DNA of 64,000 nt from an uncultured Gemmatimonadales bacterium (GCA_963816355.1 CAWFKH010000001.1:384001-448000); one strand, 5' to 3'; shown: positions 37,438 to 48,235, numbered from the stretch's first letter. Translations and numbers: made by a program. Notes: generated by a model from the letters alone, not told the origin.

Positions 37438-38243
37438 GCTTGCCCCTGAAACCGACCATCGTCGCGCTGCCGGCCGGCTTTCACATCGAGCCCGTCGACG
37501 GCGCGCTGGTGCTGGCGCGCGCCGACGTCGCGGCCGCCGCGTGCGGCGCGGTCGCCGCGGCCGGCACGCTCTTCGCCGCGGCGCTGCGCGCGCCCGATCA
37601 CGCGCGGATCGACTCGGGCAGGGGCGCGCTGGCGGTGGCGGCGTTCGCGGGCGCGCGGTGGGTGGTGCGGCACGCGCGGCGCGGCGGCGCGGTCGCCCGG
37701 CTGCTGCGGGACCGCTACCTTCGCGCGGGCGAGCCGCGGCCGTTCCGGGAGCTGGCGCTGAGCCGGCGCCTCGCGGCGCGCGGCGTGCCCACGCCGGAGG
37801 TGGTGGCGGCTGTGGTGTACGACGCCGGCCCGTGGTTCGTCCGGGGCGACGTCGCGACGCTGCTCGTGCCGGATTCCGTGGACCTCGCGGCGATCGTGTT
37901 CGGCGCCGAGGCGGAGGCGGGCGGCGCGGCCCGCCGCGGCGAGGCGTGGGCGGCGGCCGCGTGCGAAGCGGCGGGCGCGCTGGTGCGCCGCGCTCACGAG
38001 GAGGGGCTGGTGCACCCGGACCTGAACGTGCGCAACATCCTGATCCAGGCGGAGCCGTCGCCGCGCGCGCTGCTGCTCGACCTCGACGGGTGCGCGCTGC
38101 GCGCGCGCCTTTCCGGCGGTGAGCGCGGGCGCATGCTGCGGCGATTCGAGCGGTCGTGGCGCAAGCACGAGCGGCGCGCGGGGCGGCCGCGCGAGGCCGA
38201 GCTCGCGGCGTTCCGGCGCGGCTACGGGCGGGCGGCGTCGTGA
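37434..38243 (+). CDS. Kdo/lipopolysaccharide kinase family protein (KdkA-like)
   Basis: SGRG, VVRHARRGG, RPFREL, HPDLNVRNIL, LDLD. Confidence 0.8.
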   Translation: MSLPLKPTIVALPAGFHIEPVDGALVLARADVAAAACGAVAAAGTLFAAALRAPDHARIDSGRGALAVAAFAGARWVVRHARRGGAVARLLRDRYLRAGEPRPFRELALSRRLAARGVPTPEVVAAVVYDAGPWFVRGDVATLLVPDSVDLAAIVFGAEAEAGGAARRGEAWAAAACEAAGALVRRAHEEGLVHPDLNVRNILIQAEPSPRALLLDLDGCALRARLSGGERGRMLRRFERSWRKHERRAGRPREAELAAFRRGYGRAAS

Positions 38244-38292
38244 GGGGCGGCGGGCGCGAGCGATTTCCGGAGCGGCGCGGGCGGGATCGCTC

Positions 38293-39351
38293 GTGAGGGA
38301 CGGCTGGGGCGAGGAGGGGCCGCGCGAGATCTGCATCGTCATGCTGAGCGCGCTGGGCGACGCGGTGCACGTGCTGCCGGTCGTGAACGCGCTGAAGCGG
38401 CGCTGGCCGGCGTCGCGCATCACGTGGGTGATCCAGCCGCTGCCGCGCGCGCTGGTGCGCGGCCACCCCGCGGTCGACGAGTTCGTCCTCTTCGAACGGC
38501 GGCGTGGCGTGGCGGCGTGGCGGTCGTTCGCGGAGACGACGCGGCGGCTGCGGCGCCGTCGCTACGACCTGCTGCTCTCGCTGCAGGTCTACTTCAAGGC
38601 GGGCGTGCTGGTCGCGCTCGCGGACGCCGACGTCAAGCTGGGCTTCGACCGCGACCGCGCCCGCGACCTGAACTGGCTGTTCACGAACGAGCGCATCGCG
38701 GCGCGGCCCGCGCAGCACGTCCAGGACCAGTACTTCGAGTTCCTCCGCCATCTGGGCGTGGCGCCGGAGCCGCTCGAGTGGGGGCTGCGGCTGGAGCCGG
38801 AGGAGCGCGAGGCGCAGCGCGCGTTCTTCGAGCGGCTCGACCGGCCCGCGTGCGCCGTCGTCGTCGGTACGAGCAAGCCGGAGAAGAACTGGGCGCCGGA
38901 GCGCTACGCCCGCGCGCTGGAGGCGATCGAGGCGGACTACGGCCTGCGTCCGATGATCGTCGGCGGCCCCTCGCCGGTGGAGCGGCGCGCGGCGCACGAC
39001 GTCCTGCGCATGACGCGCGCGCGGGTGGTCGACGCGCGCGGCGACGGCGTGCGGCGGCTGCTCTGGCTGCTCGACGGCAGCGCCGTCGTGGTGAGTCCGG
39101 ACACCGGTCCGCTGCACATCGCGCGCGCGCTGGAGCGGCCGGTCGTGGGACTCTACGGCTACACGAACCCGAAGCGCTACGGGCCGTATCGGAAGTACGA
39201 GGACCTCGTGGTGGACGGCTACGCGCGCGAGCCGGGCGAGGTGTACGGCCCGAGCGCCGAGTACCGGCCGGAGGGGATGCGGCGGGTCCGTGTCGAGGAG
39301 GTGGCCGCGAAGGTGGGGCTGGCGCTGGTGCGCTACGGGCGGGCGACGTAG
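38293..39351 (+). CDS. GT9 heptosyltransferase
   Basis: LSALGDAVH, KNW, SPDTGPLHIA, GLYG..NPKRYGP. Confidence 0.88.
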   Translation: MRDGWGEEGPREICIVMLSALGDAVHVLPVVNALKRRWPASRITWVIQPLPRALVRGHPAVDEFVLFERRRGVAAWRSFAETTRRLRRRRYDLLLSLQVYFKAGVLVALADADVKLGFDRDRARDLNWLFTNERIAARPAQHVQDQYFEFLRHLGVAPEPLEWGLRLEPEEREAQRAFFERLDRPACAVVVGTSKPEKNWAPERYARALEAIEADYGLRPMIVGGPSPVERRAAHDVLRMTRARVVDARGDGVRRLLWLLDGSAVVVSPDTGPLHIARALERPVVGLYGYTNPKRYGPYRKYEDLVVDGYAREPGEVYGPSAEYRPEGMRRVRVEEVAAKVGLALVRYGRAT

Positions 39352-39478
39352 CGCGGCGCGCGCAGCAGGACCGGCGCCCGAGGCCCGAGGCGGGGGAGCG
39401 AACGCCCGGGGCCCCGCTGAACCGCGGCGGGCGCGCGGGGGTATCCCCATCTTTCCTCCAACCCCGGACGGTGTGCGG

Positions 39479-41152
39479 TTGGCGACCAGGCAGACAGCGG
39501 CGAAGCGGATCCTCTGGGTCGACGACGAGGTGGAGCTGTTCGAGCCCCACCTCTTCTTTCTCCGCCAGCGGGGGTACCGCGTGGACACGACGCCGAACGG
39601 CGACGACGCGCTGGAGATGCTGGGCCGGGAGACGTACGACCTGGTGCTGCTGGACGAGCAGATGCCGGGGCGCCGCGGCCTCGAGGTGCTGGCGGAGCTG
39701 CGTCGCCAGGACCCGCACGCGCGCGTGGTGATGGTGACCAAGTCGGAGGAGGACCGCACGCTGCTGGAGGCGGTCGGGCGGCGGGTGGACGACTACCTGG
39801 TGAAGCCGGCCACGCCGCGCCAGGTCCTTTCAGTGGTGACGCGGCTGCTCGAGGGCTCGCAGCTCCAGCAGCAGCAGGCGGCGCGGGACTTCGCGCGGCG
39901 CTACCCTTCGCTGCTGCGGGCGAAGGACGAGGCGGTCGGCTGGCGCGACTTCGCGGCGCTCCACTCGGAGCTGGTGAACTGGGACATCCGGCTGCGAACG
40001 GCCGGCGAGGTGGGTCTGGCGGAGTCGGTTTCGGAGGTGGCGACCGACCTGCGTCGCGAGTTCGGCGCGTTCGTCTCACGGCGCTACGGCGGCTGGACGG
40101 CGGCGGCGGTGGCGGAGCGCGACGAGCGCGCGGCGGGCGGCGGCGCGCGAGCCGTGCGGCCGGCGCCGCGGCCGCGGCCGGCGCGCGAGGCGGGCGCGGC
40201 GGAGCCGGCGTCGGACCGGCCGCCGCTGTCGACGGACGTCGTCGAGCGCAGCCTGCTGCCGCTGATGGAGCCGGGCGACCCGGTGATCTTCATGATCATC
40301 GACTGCATGAGGCTCGACCAGTGGCGGGTGCTGCAGCCGCTGCTCGCCGGGTCGTTCGACATCGAGGAGGAGCTCTACTACGGGATCCTGCCGTCGGCGA
40401 CGCCGTACGCGCGCAACGCGCTCTTCAGCGGCCTCTTTCCGGACGCGATCGCGAAGCGGCGGCCGGACTGGTGGGAGACGGAGGAGACGAGCCTGAACGC
40501 GTTCGAGGACGACCTCTTCCGCGAGCAGCTCCGCCGCCTCACCGGCCGCGACGTGCCGGTCCACTACGAGAAGGTGTTCAGCGACGCGGCGGCGGACGAC
40601 CTGGTGGGGCGCGTGCGCGGCGCGGTGCGCGGCCGCGGCGGCGTCGTCGCGCTCGTCTTCAACTTCGTGGACATGCTGACGCACGGCCGCAGCGAGTCGG
40701 CGATCCTGATGGAGGTGGCGCGCGACGTGCCTGCGCTGCGCGCGCTGACGCGCCAGTGGTTCGAGCGCTCGGCGGCGTACCGGATCCTGAAGGAGGCGGC
40801 CGCGTCCGGCATCCGCGTCGTGCTGACGACGGACCACGGCTCGATCCACTGCGAGCGGCCGGTCACCGTCTATGCCGGCCGCGACGCGACGAGCAACCTG
40901 CGCTACAAGTTCGGCATGGACCTGCGCGCGGAGACGCCGAGCGCCGTCTTCGCGGTGAGCGACGAATCGGTGCTGCGCTTCCCGCCGGGGCGGCTGGCGA
41001 CGAACTACGTGATCGCGCTCGAGGACCACTTCTTCGTCTATCCGACGAAGCTGCGCGAGTACCAGGCCCGCTACCGCGGCAGCTTCCTGCACGGCGGCAT
41101 CAGCCCCGAGGAGCTGATCCTGCCGATCGCCACCCTGACGCCGCGCGGCTGA
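39479..41152 (+). CDS. Response regulator with a PglZ/alkaline-phosphatase-like domain (PorX-like)
   Basis: ILWVDDE, LLDEQMPG, VTKSEE, DCMRLDQW, LPSATPYARN, NFVDMLTH, TTDHG, HGGIS. Confidence 0.88.
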   Translation: MATRQTAAKRILWVDDEVELFEPHLFFLRQRGYRVDTTPNGDDALEMLGRETYDLVLLDEQMPGRRGLEVLAELRRQDPHARVVMVTKSEEDRTLLEAVGRRVDDYLVKPATPRQVLSVVTRLLEGSQLQQQQAARDFARRYPSLLRAKDEAVGWRDFAALHSELVNWDIRLRTAGEVGLAESVSEVATDLRREFGAFVSRRYGGWTAAAVAERDERAAGGGARAVRPAPRPRPAREAGAAEPASDRPPLSTDVVERSLLPLMEPGDPVIFMIIDCMRLDQWRVLQPLLAGSFDIEEELYYGILPSATPYARNALFSGLFPDAIAKRRPDWWETEETSLNAFEDDLFREQLRRLTGRDVPVHYEKVFSDAAADDLVGRVRGAVRGRGGVVALVFNFVDMLTHGRSESAILMEVARDVPALRALTRQWFERSAAYRILKEAAASGIRVVLTTDHGSIHCERPVTVYAGRDATSNLRYKFGMDLRAETPSAVFAVSDESVLRFPPGRLATNYVIALEDHFFVYPTKLREYQARYRGSFLHGGISPEELILPIATLTPRG

Positions 41153-41158
41153 GCGGCG

Positions 41159-43001
41159 ATGGAGCTTTACCGCCGCGTCCTCGCCTACGTGCTGCGCTAC
41201 CGCTGGCTGATCGCCGCGACCATCGGCGCGACGGTCGGCTTCGCGATCTTCGACGCGTTCAGCATGCTCATGCTGATCCCGTTCCTGAACCAGCTCTTCG
41301 GCACCTCGCCGCTCGCCATCCAGAGCGGCCAGCAGCACGGCATCCAGTGGCTGCTCGACCACACGGTCGGCGCCTTCCTCGATCCGGGCGCGCCGCCGCA
41401 GCGCGTGCTGATCGACGTCATCGCGGTGATCCTCGTCGTCTTCCTGGCGAAGAACGTCTTCGACTTCCTGCAGCAGTACCTCGCCGCGCGCCTCGAGCAG
41501 CGCGTCACGCGCCACATGCGCAACGAGGTCTACGACCACCTGCTCGAGCTCGACCTGGGCTTCTTCGGCCGCACGCGCGCCGGCCAGATCATCTCGCGCC
41601 TGACCAACGACGTGGACCAGCTCCGCATGCTGGTGACGCGCAACATCGCCAAGCTGACGACGTCGCTCTTCCAGATCCTCGCCACGCTCGCCGCGTCGCT
41701 CATGATCTCGTTCCGGCTCACGGTCGCGGCGGTGATCGTGATGCCGGCGATGTTCGGCATCTGGGGCCGCATGCTGCGCCGGCTGCGCACCGGCGACCGG
41801 CGCGTGCTGGACCTCGCGGGCGACGTCTCCTCGCACCTGCAGGAGTCGGTCGCGGGGATCCGGCTGGTGAAGTCGTTCGCCGCGGAGCCGTTCGAGTCGC
41901 GCCGCTTCCGCGGCCTGACGCAGCGCTACTACCGCACCTACGTGCGCACCGAGGCGCTGCGCTCGCTCGCCGGTCCGGTCACGGAGATGATGGGCGCCTT
42001 CGGCACGGTACTGCTGCTCTGGTACGGCAGCCGCATGGTGCTGGTCGAGCACGCGCTCGACGCCGCCACCTTCATCACCTTCCTCGGCCTCAGCATGAAG
42101 CTGTACGCGCCGGTGAAGTGGACGTCGAAGTTCCCCTCGATGATCCAGCCGGGCCTCGCCGCCGCCGAGCGCATCTTCGAGTTCCTCGACGCGCCGGTCC
42201 GCATCCGGGACCGCCCCGACGCGCGCGAGTTCTCCGGCGAGCACGGCGCGATCCGCTTCGAGGACGTCTCCTTCCGCTACGAGCCGGAGGAGCCGGTGCT
42301 GAAGGAGGTGTCGCTGGAGGTCGCGCGCGGCGAGGTGGTGGCGCTGGTGGGGCCGAGCGGCGCCGGCAAGACGACCGTGGTCGACCTGCTCGCCCGCTTC
42401 TACGACCCCGTCCGCGGCCGCATCACGATCGACGGCGTCGACCTGCGCGACTTCTCGCTGCGCTCGCTGCGCTCCAGCCTCGGCATCGTGACGCAGGAGA
42501 CCGTCCTCTTCCACGACACCGTGCGCGCGAACATCGCCTACGGCCGGCCCGACGCGAGCCAGGCGGCGATCGAGCGCGCCGCCCGCGCCGCCCACGCGCA
42601 CGAGTTCGTCGAGCAACTGCCGCAGCGGCTACGACACCGTGCTCGGCGAGCGCGGGACGCGGCTCTCGGGCGGGCAGCGGCAGCGCATCGCGATCGCCCG
42701 CGCGTTGCTGCGCGACCCGCCGATCCTGATCTTCGACGAGGCGACCTCCGCGCTCGATTCGGAGTCCGAGCGGCTGGTGCAGGACGCGATCGAGCGGCTG
42801 CTCGAGGGGCGCACCGTCTTCGTCATCGCGCACCGCCTCTCCACCATCCGGCACGCCGACCAGATCCTCGTCCTGCGCGACGGCCGCATCGTCGAGCGCG
42901 GCCGCCACGAGGAGCTGCTCGAGCGCGGCGGCGTCTACAGCCGGCTGCACGAGCTGCAGTTCGAGGCGCGCGGCGGCGCGCGCGCCGCCGCAGAGTCGTG
43001 A
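41159..43001 (+). pseudogene. msbA: Lipid A exporter MsbA-like ABC transporter with a +1 frameshift near 42626 (possibly a sequencing error)
   Basis: TMD and Walker A GPSGAGKT in one frame; CTG CCG CAG C GGC TAC GAC breaks [20 protein letters not shown] and IAHRLST continue in another frame to TGA 43001. Confidence 0.85.
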
Positions 43002-44116
43002 GAGTGCTCCACGTGGACGCGGGCCGCGAGTGGCGCGGCGGCCAGCGTCAGGCGCTCCTCCTCGCGCTCGGCCTCGCCCGCCGCGGCGTCGCCGGCCTCG
43101 TCGTCGCGCAGCCCGGATCGCCGCTCCTCGAGCGCGCCCGCGGCGCCGGCCTCGAGACGCGACCGCTCCGCATGCGCGGCGATGCCGACGTCGCCGCCGC
43201 GGCGCGCCTCGCCGCCGCCGCGCGCGAGCGCGACGCCGCGCTCGTCCACGCCCACGACGCCCGCGCCCACTCCGTCGCCGCGCTCGCGCGCCTGTTCGGC
43301 TCCGGCGCCGCCGTCGTGGTGACGCGACGCAGCCTGGTGAAGCGGAGCGACGCCTTCAGCCGCGCCAAGTACCGCTGGGGTGCCGCCGCGCACATCGCCG
43401 TCAGCCGCGCCGTCGCCGACGGCCTCGCCGGCCTCGGCGTCGCGCCGTCGCGCGTCAGCGTGGTGCCGGACGGCGTCGATTTCTCCTCGACTCCGGCGCG
43501 CGCGGAGGCGGTCGACTGGCGCGCGCGTCTCGGCCTGCGCGCCGCGGACCGCGTCCTGGGCTCCGTCGGCGCGCTGTCGCCCGAGAAGGGGTACGACATC
43601 GCGGTCGCGGCGCTCGCGGCGCTGCCCGCGGATGTCCATCTCGTCGTGCTCGGCGAGGGGCCGGAGGCGGCGGCCCTGCGGGCGGCGGCGGAACGCGCCG
43701 GCGTCGCCCAGCGGCTGCACCTGGCCGGCTTCGGCGATGCCGTCCCGGCCGCGATCCGCGGCTTCGACGCCTACGTCCAGCCGAGCCGCGCCGAGGGCCT
43801 CGGCACCGCCGCGATGGAGGCGATGGCGCAGGGCGTGCCCGTCGTCGCGGCGGCCGCGGGCGGCCTGCGCGAGCTGGTCGCCGACGGCGAGAGCGGCCTC
43901 CTCGCGCCGCCCGAGGACGCCGCCGCGCTCGCCGCGGCGTGCGCGCGCCTGCTGGGCGACGCGGCGCTCCGCCAGCGCCTCGCCGAGGGCGCCCGCCGCC
44001 GCATCCGCGCCTACTCCGTCGACGCCATGGTGAGCGGCACGCTCGCCGTGTACGAGCGCCTGCTCGGCCGGGACGGCCGCCGTGCCGTGCCGCGCCGCGT
44101 GGCGGGCGCTCCGTGA
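42998..44116 (+). CDS. GT4 glycosyltransferase
   Basis: [34 protein letters not shown] overlap with the msbA stop. Confidence 0.88.
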   Translation: MRVLHVDAGREWRGGQRQALLLALGLARRGVAGLVVAQPGSPLLERARGAGLETRPLRMRGDADVAAAARLAAAARERDAALVHAHDARAHSVAALARLFGSGAAVVVTRRSLVKRSDAFSRAKYRWGAAAHIAVSRAVADGLAGLGVAPSRVSVVPDGVDFSSTPARAEAVDWRARLGLRAADRVLGSVGALSPEKGYDIAVAALAALPADVHLVVLGEGPEAAALRAAAERAGVAQRLHLAGFGDAVPAAIRGFDAYVQPSRAEGLGTAAMEAMAQGVPVVAAAAGGLRELVADGESGLLAPPEDAAALAAACARLLGDAALRQRLAEGARRRIRAYSVDAMVSGTLAVYERLLGRDGRRAVPRRVAGAP

Positions 44117-45135
44117 GCGCGGCGCGCGCCGCGGAGCCGCGCGCCGGCGGCGCCGCGGCACCGGCGGAGGCGGAGGCGGCGGAGCGGCGCGCGCCGAACC
44201 TGCGCCACCGCGCCGAGTACGCCGCGCTGCGCGGCGCGGTGGGGGCGTGCCTGGCGTTCGGTACGCCCGCGGATCTGCGGCTCGCGGAGCGGCTCGGCCG
44301 CTTCTTCCACCGCCGCGTCCGGCTGCGGCGGGACGTGGTCGAGACGAACCTGCGGCGCGCCTTCCCCGAGCGCGACGGCGGGTGGATCGGGCGTGTGGGC
44401 CGCGGCGTCTACGAGCACGTCGCGCGCGAGGCGGTCGCGACCGTGCGGCTGCGCGCCATGGCCGCGCCCGAGCGGGTCGAGCGGATCGAGGTCGACGAGG
44501 ACGACGCGCTGCGTCACGCGCTCGAGCGCGGCCGCGGCGCCGTCGCCGTGACCGGCCACTACGGCAACTGGGAGGGCTGCCTGGCGGGGCTGGTCGCGCG
44601 CGGCGTCCCCGCCACGGTGGTCGTGCAGCGGCAGGAGAACCCGCTGGTGGACGCGTACCTGAACCGGGGCCGCGCGGGCGCCGGCACCGAGGTGGTCGAC
44701 CGGGGCGACGCTGCGCGCGGGGCGCTGCGCGCGCTGCGCCGCGGCCGCGCGGTCTTCTTCGTCGCGGACCAGGACGCGGGGCGCACGGGCGTCTTCGTCC
44801 CTTTCTTCGGACGGCCCGCCTCGACGCACCGGGGGCCGGCGATGATCGCGCGGCGCGCGGGCGCGCCGCTCGTCGCGATGGCGGCGACGCGCACCGGCGA
44901 CCTGCGCTATCGCATCGACGCGAGCGAGGTGGACGCGGGCCGGGAGGGTGAGGTCGACGACGTCGTCGAACGCCTCACCGCGGCGTTCACGGCGTGGCTC
45001 GAGGCGCGCGTTCGCGCCCGGCCCGAGCAGTACTTCTGGCTCCACCGGCGGTGGAAGACCGCGCCGCCGGCGGACCTCGACGGGGCCGCCGAACGGGCGG
45101 CCACGGCGCCCGAACAGGAACCGGACGGGGCCTGA
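44113..45135 (+). CDS. Lipid A secondary acyltransferase (LpxL/HtrB family)
   Basis: GHYGNWE, ADQD, VPFFG, PEQYFWLHRRWK. Confidence 0.88.
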   Translation: MSAARAAEPRAGGAAAPAEAEAAERRAPNLRHRAEYAALRGAVGACLAFGTPADLRLAERLGRFFHRRVRLRRDVVETNLRRAFPERDGGWIGRVGRGVYEHVAREAVATVRLRAMAAPERVERIEVDEDDALRHALERGRGAVAVTGHYGNWEGCLAGLVARGVPATVVVQRQENPLVDAYLNRGRAGAGTEVVDRGDAARGALRALRRGRAVFFVADQDAGRTGVFVPFFGRPASTHRGPAMIARRAGAPLVAMAATRTGDLRYRIDASEVDAGREGEVDDVVERLTAAFTAWLEARVRARPEQYFWLHRRWKTAPPADLDGAAERAATAPEQEPDGA

Positions 45136-45196
45136 TCCGGTATCCAACGCACCGCCGGCCGCGCGCGGCCGCACGCGAGAAACGAGTCGAATCGAC

Positions 45197-46390
45197 GTGA
45201 TCTACATCTGCATACCGTCCCACGACGAGCGAAGCACGATCGGCGTCCTGCTGTGGAAGATCCGGCAGGTGATGGCCGAGTTCGACCGCGACTACGCGGT
45301 CCTCGTGCTCGACGACGCATCGCGCGACGAGACGCCATCCGTCCTCGAGCCGTACCTGCGCGTCATGCCGCTCACCGTGCTGCGCCACTCCGCGCCGCAG
45401 GGCTACGCACGCTCCACGGAGCGCCTGCTGCGCGAGGCGGTGCGTCTCGCGCCGTATCCGAAGCGTGACGTCGTCGTCACGCTGCAGGCGGACTTCACCG
45501 AGGATCCCGCCTGGATCCCGGACCTCGTCAAGCGGATCGAGGGCGGCATCGACCTCGTCAACGGCGCCGTCACGGCGCCCGCCGCCACGCCCCGCCCGGT
45601 GCGCTGGACGCGCGCCGCGCTCGGCCGCGCCGTACGCACCGCGCGCCGCTGGCCGCCCGAGATCAGCGACCCGCTCTCCGGGCTGCGCGCCTACCGCGTC
45701 ATCTGCCTGCGCAAGGCGTTCGACGCCCACGGCGACGAGCCGCTGCTGTGGGCCGACACCACGTGGGCGGTCAACGCGCAGCTCCTCGAAGCCGTGGTCC
45801 CCGAGGCGCGCCGCATCGAGGAGGTCCCCGTCGTCACGCGTCCCGACGGCCGCCGCCGCGACTCCCGCTTCCTCGCCTGGCGCGCCCTGCGCGACGGCCT
45901 CGCCTACCTCCGCCGCGCCCGCCACACCGCAGACGTGGCACCGCGCGACGCCGTCGTCGTCGAGGAGATGCCCGTCCCATCGCTCACCGCCGAGCGCCTC
46001 GACTCCGAACGCAGGCAGGCGCTCGCCGCCGAGGCGCGCGGCGCGCGCCGCCCGCGCGGCTCGGGCCGCTCCGCCTCCGGCCGCTCCGCCTCCGGGCGGC
46101 GCCGCACCACCGGCCGCGCCGCGCCTGCTGCCGCACCTGCCGCCGCGCCCGAGTCGGAGGAAGGCGCCGGCAACGGCAAGCGCCGCAGACGCTCGCGACG
46201 TGGTGGCTCGCGGCGCGGCGGCTCGCGCCGCTCCGGCCGGCGCCGCGGCGCTGGCGGCGGCGAGGGCGCGGCGGGCGCCGAGGGTGCGGCGGGCGGCGAA
46301 GGTGCGGCGGGCGGCGAAGGTGGCGGAGGCGGCGAAGACGCAGCTGGCGGCGGTCCCGGCGCCGGCAACGGAACGGAGAGGGAGAGCTGA
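45197..46390 (+). CDS. GT2-like protein with an Arg/Gly-rich disordered tail
   Basis: IYICIPSHDE, VLDDASRD, LQADF, DPLSGLRAYR. Confidence 0.8.
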   Translation: MIYICIPSHDERSTIGVLLWKIRQVMAEFDRDYAVLVLDDASRDETPSVLEPYLRVMPLTVLRHSAPQGYARSTERLLREAVRLAPYPKRDVVVTLQADFTEDPAWIPDLVKRIEGGIDLVNGAVTAPAATPRPVRWTRAALGRAVRTARRWPPEISDPLSGLRAYRVICLRKAFDAHGDEPLLWADTTWAVNAQLLEAVVPEARRIEEVPVVTRPDGRRRDSRFLAWRALRDGLAYLRRARHTADVAPRDAVVVEEMPVPSLTAERLDSERRQALAAEARGARRPRGSGRSASGRSASGRRRTTGRAAPAAAPAAAPESEEGAGNGKRRRRSRRGGSRRGGSRRSGRRRGAGGGEGAAGAEGAAGGEGAAGGEGGGGGEDAAGGGPGAGNGTERES

Positions 46391-46391
46391 C

Positions 46392-47210
46392 GTGGTCGTA
46401 CGAGGCTTGATCATATCGGGGTTGTTCGCGGCGTCCGTGTCGGCCGTCGCGGTGAGCGCGGCGCAGCAGCCGAGCCCGCCGCCAGTGCCGGTGCGGCCGG
46501 ACTCGACGATCGTCGCCAATTTGCCGTTCGGCCAGGGCGAGCGGATGACGTACGCGGTCACGCTGAGCCCGTTCGGCAAGGTGGGCGAGGGCTCGATCGG
46601 GGTGGAGGGGATCGACACCGTGCGCGGCGTGCGCAGCTACCGGTTGAGGATGCAGATCAAGGGAGGCATCGTCTTCGCGCACGTCGACGACACGTTCGAG
46701 TCGTGGGTGAACGCCACGGACTTCTCCTCGCTGCGCTTCCGGCAGCGGCAGAAGGAGGTCAACTACAAGCGCAACCGCACGCTCGACTTCTACCCGGACC
46801 AGATGCGCTGGGTGGGCACCGACGGCAAGTCCGGAGAGCTGGGCAGCGACCGCCCGCTCGACGACGTCTCCTTCCTCTACTTCGCCCGCACGCTGCCGCT
46901 CGAGGTGGGCCGGACGTATACGCTCAACCGTTACTTCGCGCCGGACGGCAATCCGGTCACGCTCAAGGTCCTGCGCAGGGAGACGGTCACCGTCCCCGCC
47001 GGCGTCTTCAACACGATCGTCGTGCAGCCGGTGATCCGCACGAAGGGCCTCTTCGCCGAGGGCGGCAAGGCGGAAGTCTTCTTCACCGACGACGACCAGC
47101 GCCTTCTCGTCCAGCTCAAGTCCGACGTTCCGGTCCTCGGCTCGCTCAACCTGAAGCTCACCGGCTACACGCCCGGCGAGCGGCCGAGCGAGTTCACCGT
47201 CAACCACTGA
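46392..47210 (+). CDS. DUF3108 domain secreted protein
   Basis: Signal peptide; LPFGQGERMTY, DDVSFLYFAR, RETVTVPAGVF. Confidence 0.8.
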   Translation: MVVRGLIISGLFAASVSAVAVSAAQQPSPPPVPVRPDSTIVANLPFGQGERMTYAVTLSPFGKVGEGSIGVEGIDTVRGVRSYRLRMQIKGGIVFAHVDDTFESWVNATDFSSLRFRQRQKEVNYKRNRTLDFYPDQMRWVGTDGKSGELGSDRPLDDVSFLYFARTLPLEVGRTYTLNRYFAPDGNPVTLKVLRRETVTVPAGVFNTIVVQPVIRTKGLFAEGGKAEVFFTDDDQRLLVQLKSDVPVLGSLNLKLTGYTPGERPSEFTVNH

Positions 47211-47233
47211 GCGCGACGGACGCTCGGAGGCCG

Positions 47234-48235
47234 ATGCGCGATACCCCGCCGGAGATCGACCTGGACCGGGTCCGCACCACGCCGGTGGAGCGCCGGCCGA
47301 ACAAGGTCGCGGCCACCGACTTCGCCCGCCCGCCCGCCGGCGAGCGCTCCTTCGCCGCCTTCCTGCGGTCGCTTCCCGACATCCTCGAGGCGCGCAGCTT
47401 CCTCGCCGTGGTCGAGCGACTGGCCGACGTCGCGCGGAGCAACGCCGCCGGCGACCGCCGCGGTCCCGAGCCGGCCCGCGCGGCCGTGTGGATGCTGGGC
47501 GGCCACGTGGTGAAGACGGGCCTGACGCCGCTGCTGATCGAGCTGATGCGCCGCGGCGCCATCACGTACGTGGCGACGAACGGCGCCACCGTGATCCACG
47601 ACTACGAGATGGCGCGCTGGGGCGGCACCTCCGAAGACGTGGAGGCGGGGCTCGCCGACGGCTCCTTCGGCATGGCGGAGGAGACCGGCCGCGACATGAA
47701 CGAGGCGATCCGCCGCGCGGCAGCGGAGGGGTGGGGCTTGGGCGAGTCGCTGGCGCGCGACCTCGAGGATCGCGCGCGGCGCGGCGAGCTCGCGCAGCCC
47801 GAGCTCTCGCTGCTGCTGGCGGCGCGCCGGCTGGGCGTCGGCTTCGGCGTCCACGCCGCGATCGGCGCGGAGATCATCCACCAGCACCCGGCCGCCGACG
47901 GCGCGGCGATCGGCGCCACGAGCATGACCGATTTCCGCCGTCTCGCCGCCCACCTCGAGCGACTGGAAGAGGGGGCCGTGCTCAACGTCGGCTCGGCCGT
48001 TGTCATGCCGGAGGTGTTCCTGAAGGCGCTCACGCTCTGCCGCAACGTGAACGCGGGCCGCCCGCGCGCTTTCCTCACGGCGGACTTCGACATGATCCGG
48101 CAGTACCGCCCGCGCGTGAACGTGGTGGAGCGGCCCACGCGTACCGGCGGAGGCGTGGGCTACCAGATCACGGGACACCACGAGCTCATGATGCCGCTGC
48201 TGGCGTGGGGGGTGCTGGAAGGGCTGGAGGGGTAG
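47234..48235 (+). CDS. Conserved protein of probable deoxyhypusine-synthase-like fold
   Basis: GGHVVKTG, NGA..IHDYE, TSEDV, FGMAEETG, IGAEIIHQHP, GSAVVMPEVFLKA, GHHE. Confidence 0.65.
   Translation: MRDTPPEIDLDRVRTTPVERRPNKVAATDFARPPAGERSFAAFLRSLPDILEARSFLAVVERLADVARSNAAGDRRGPEPARAAVWMLGGHVVKTGLTPLLIELMRRGAITYVATNGATVIHDYEMARWGGTSEDVEAGLADGSFGMAEETGRDMNEAIRRAAAEGWGLGESLARDLEDRARRGELAQPELSLLLAARRLGVGFGVHAAIGAEIIHQHPAADGAAIGATSMTDFRRLAAHLERLEEGAVLNVGSAVVMPEVFLKALTLCRNVNAGRPRAFLTADFDMIRQYRPRVNVVERPTRTGGGVGYQITGHHELMMPLLAWGVLEGLEG

Noticed and set aside
39479..41152. BREX defence system suggested by the PglZ domain
   Set aside because: Receiver-PglZ architecture with no brxC, pglX or brxL nearby
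41159..44116. 985-aa ABC transporter-glycosyltransferase fusion
   Set aside because: Product of the frameshift near 42626; the ABC signature and Walker B lie in another frame and the GT4 has its own start
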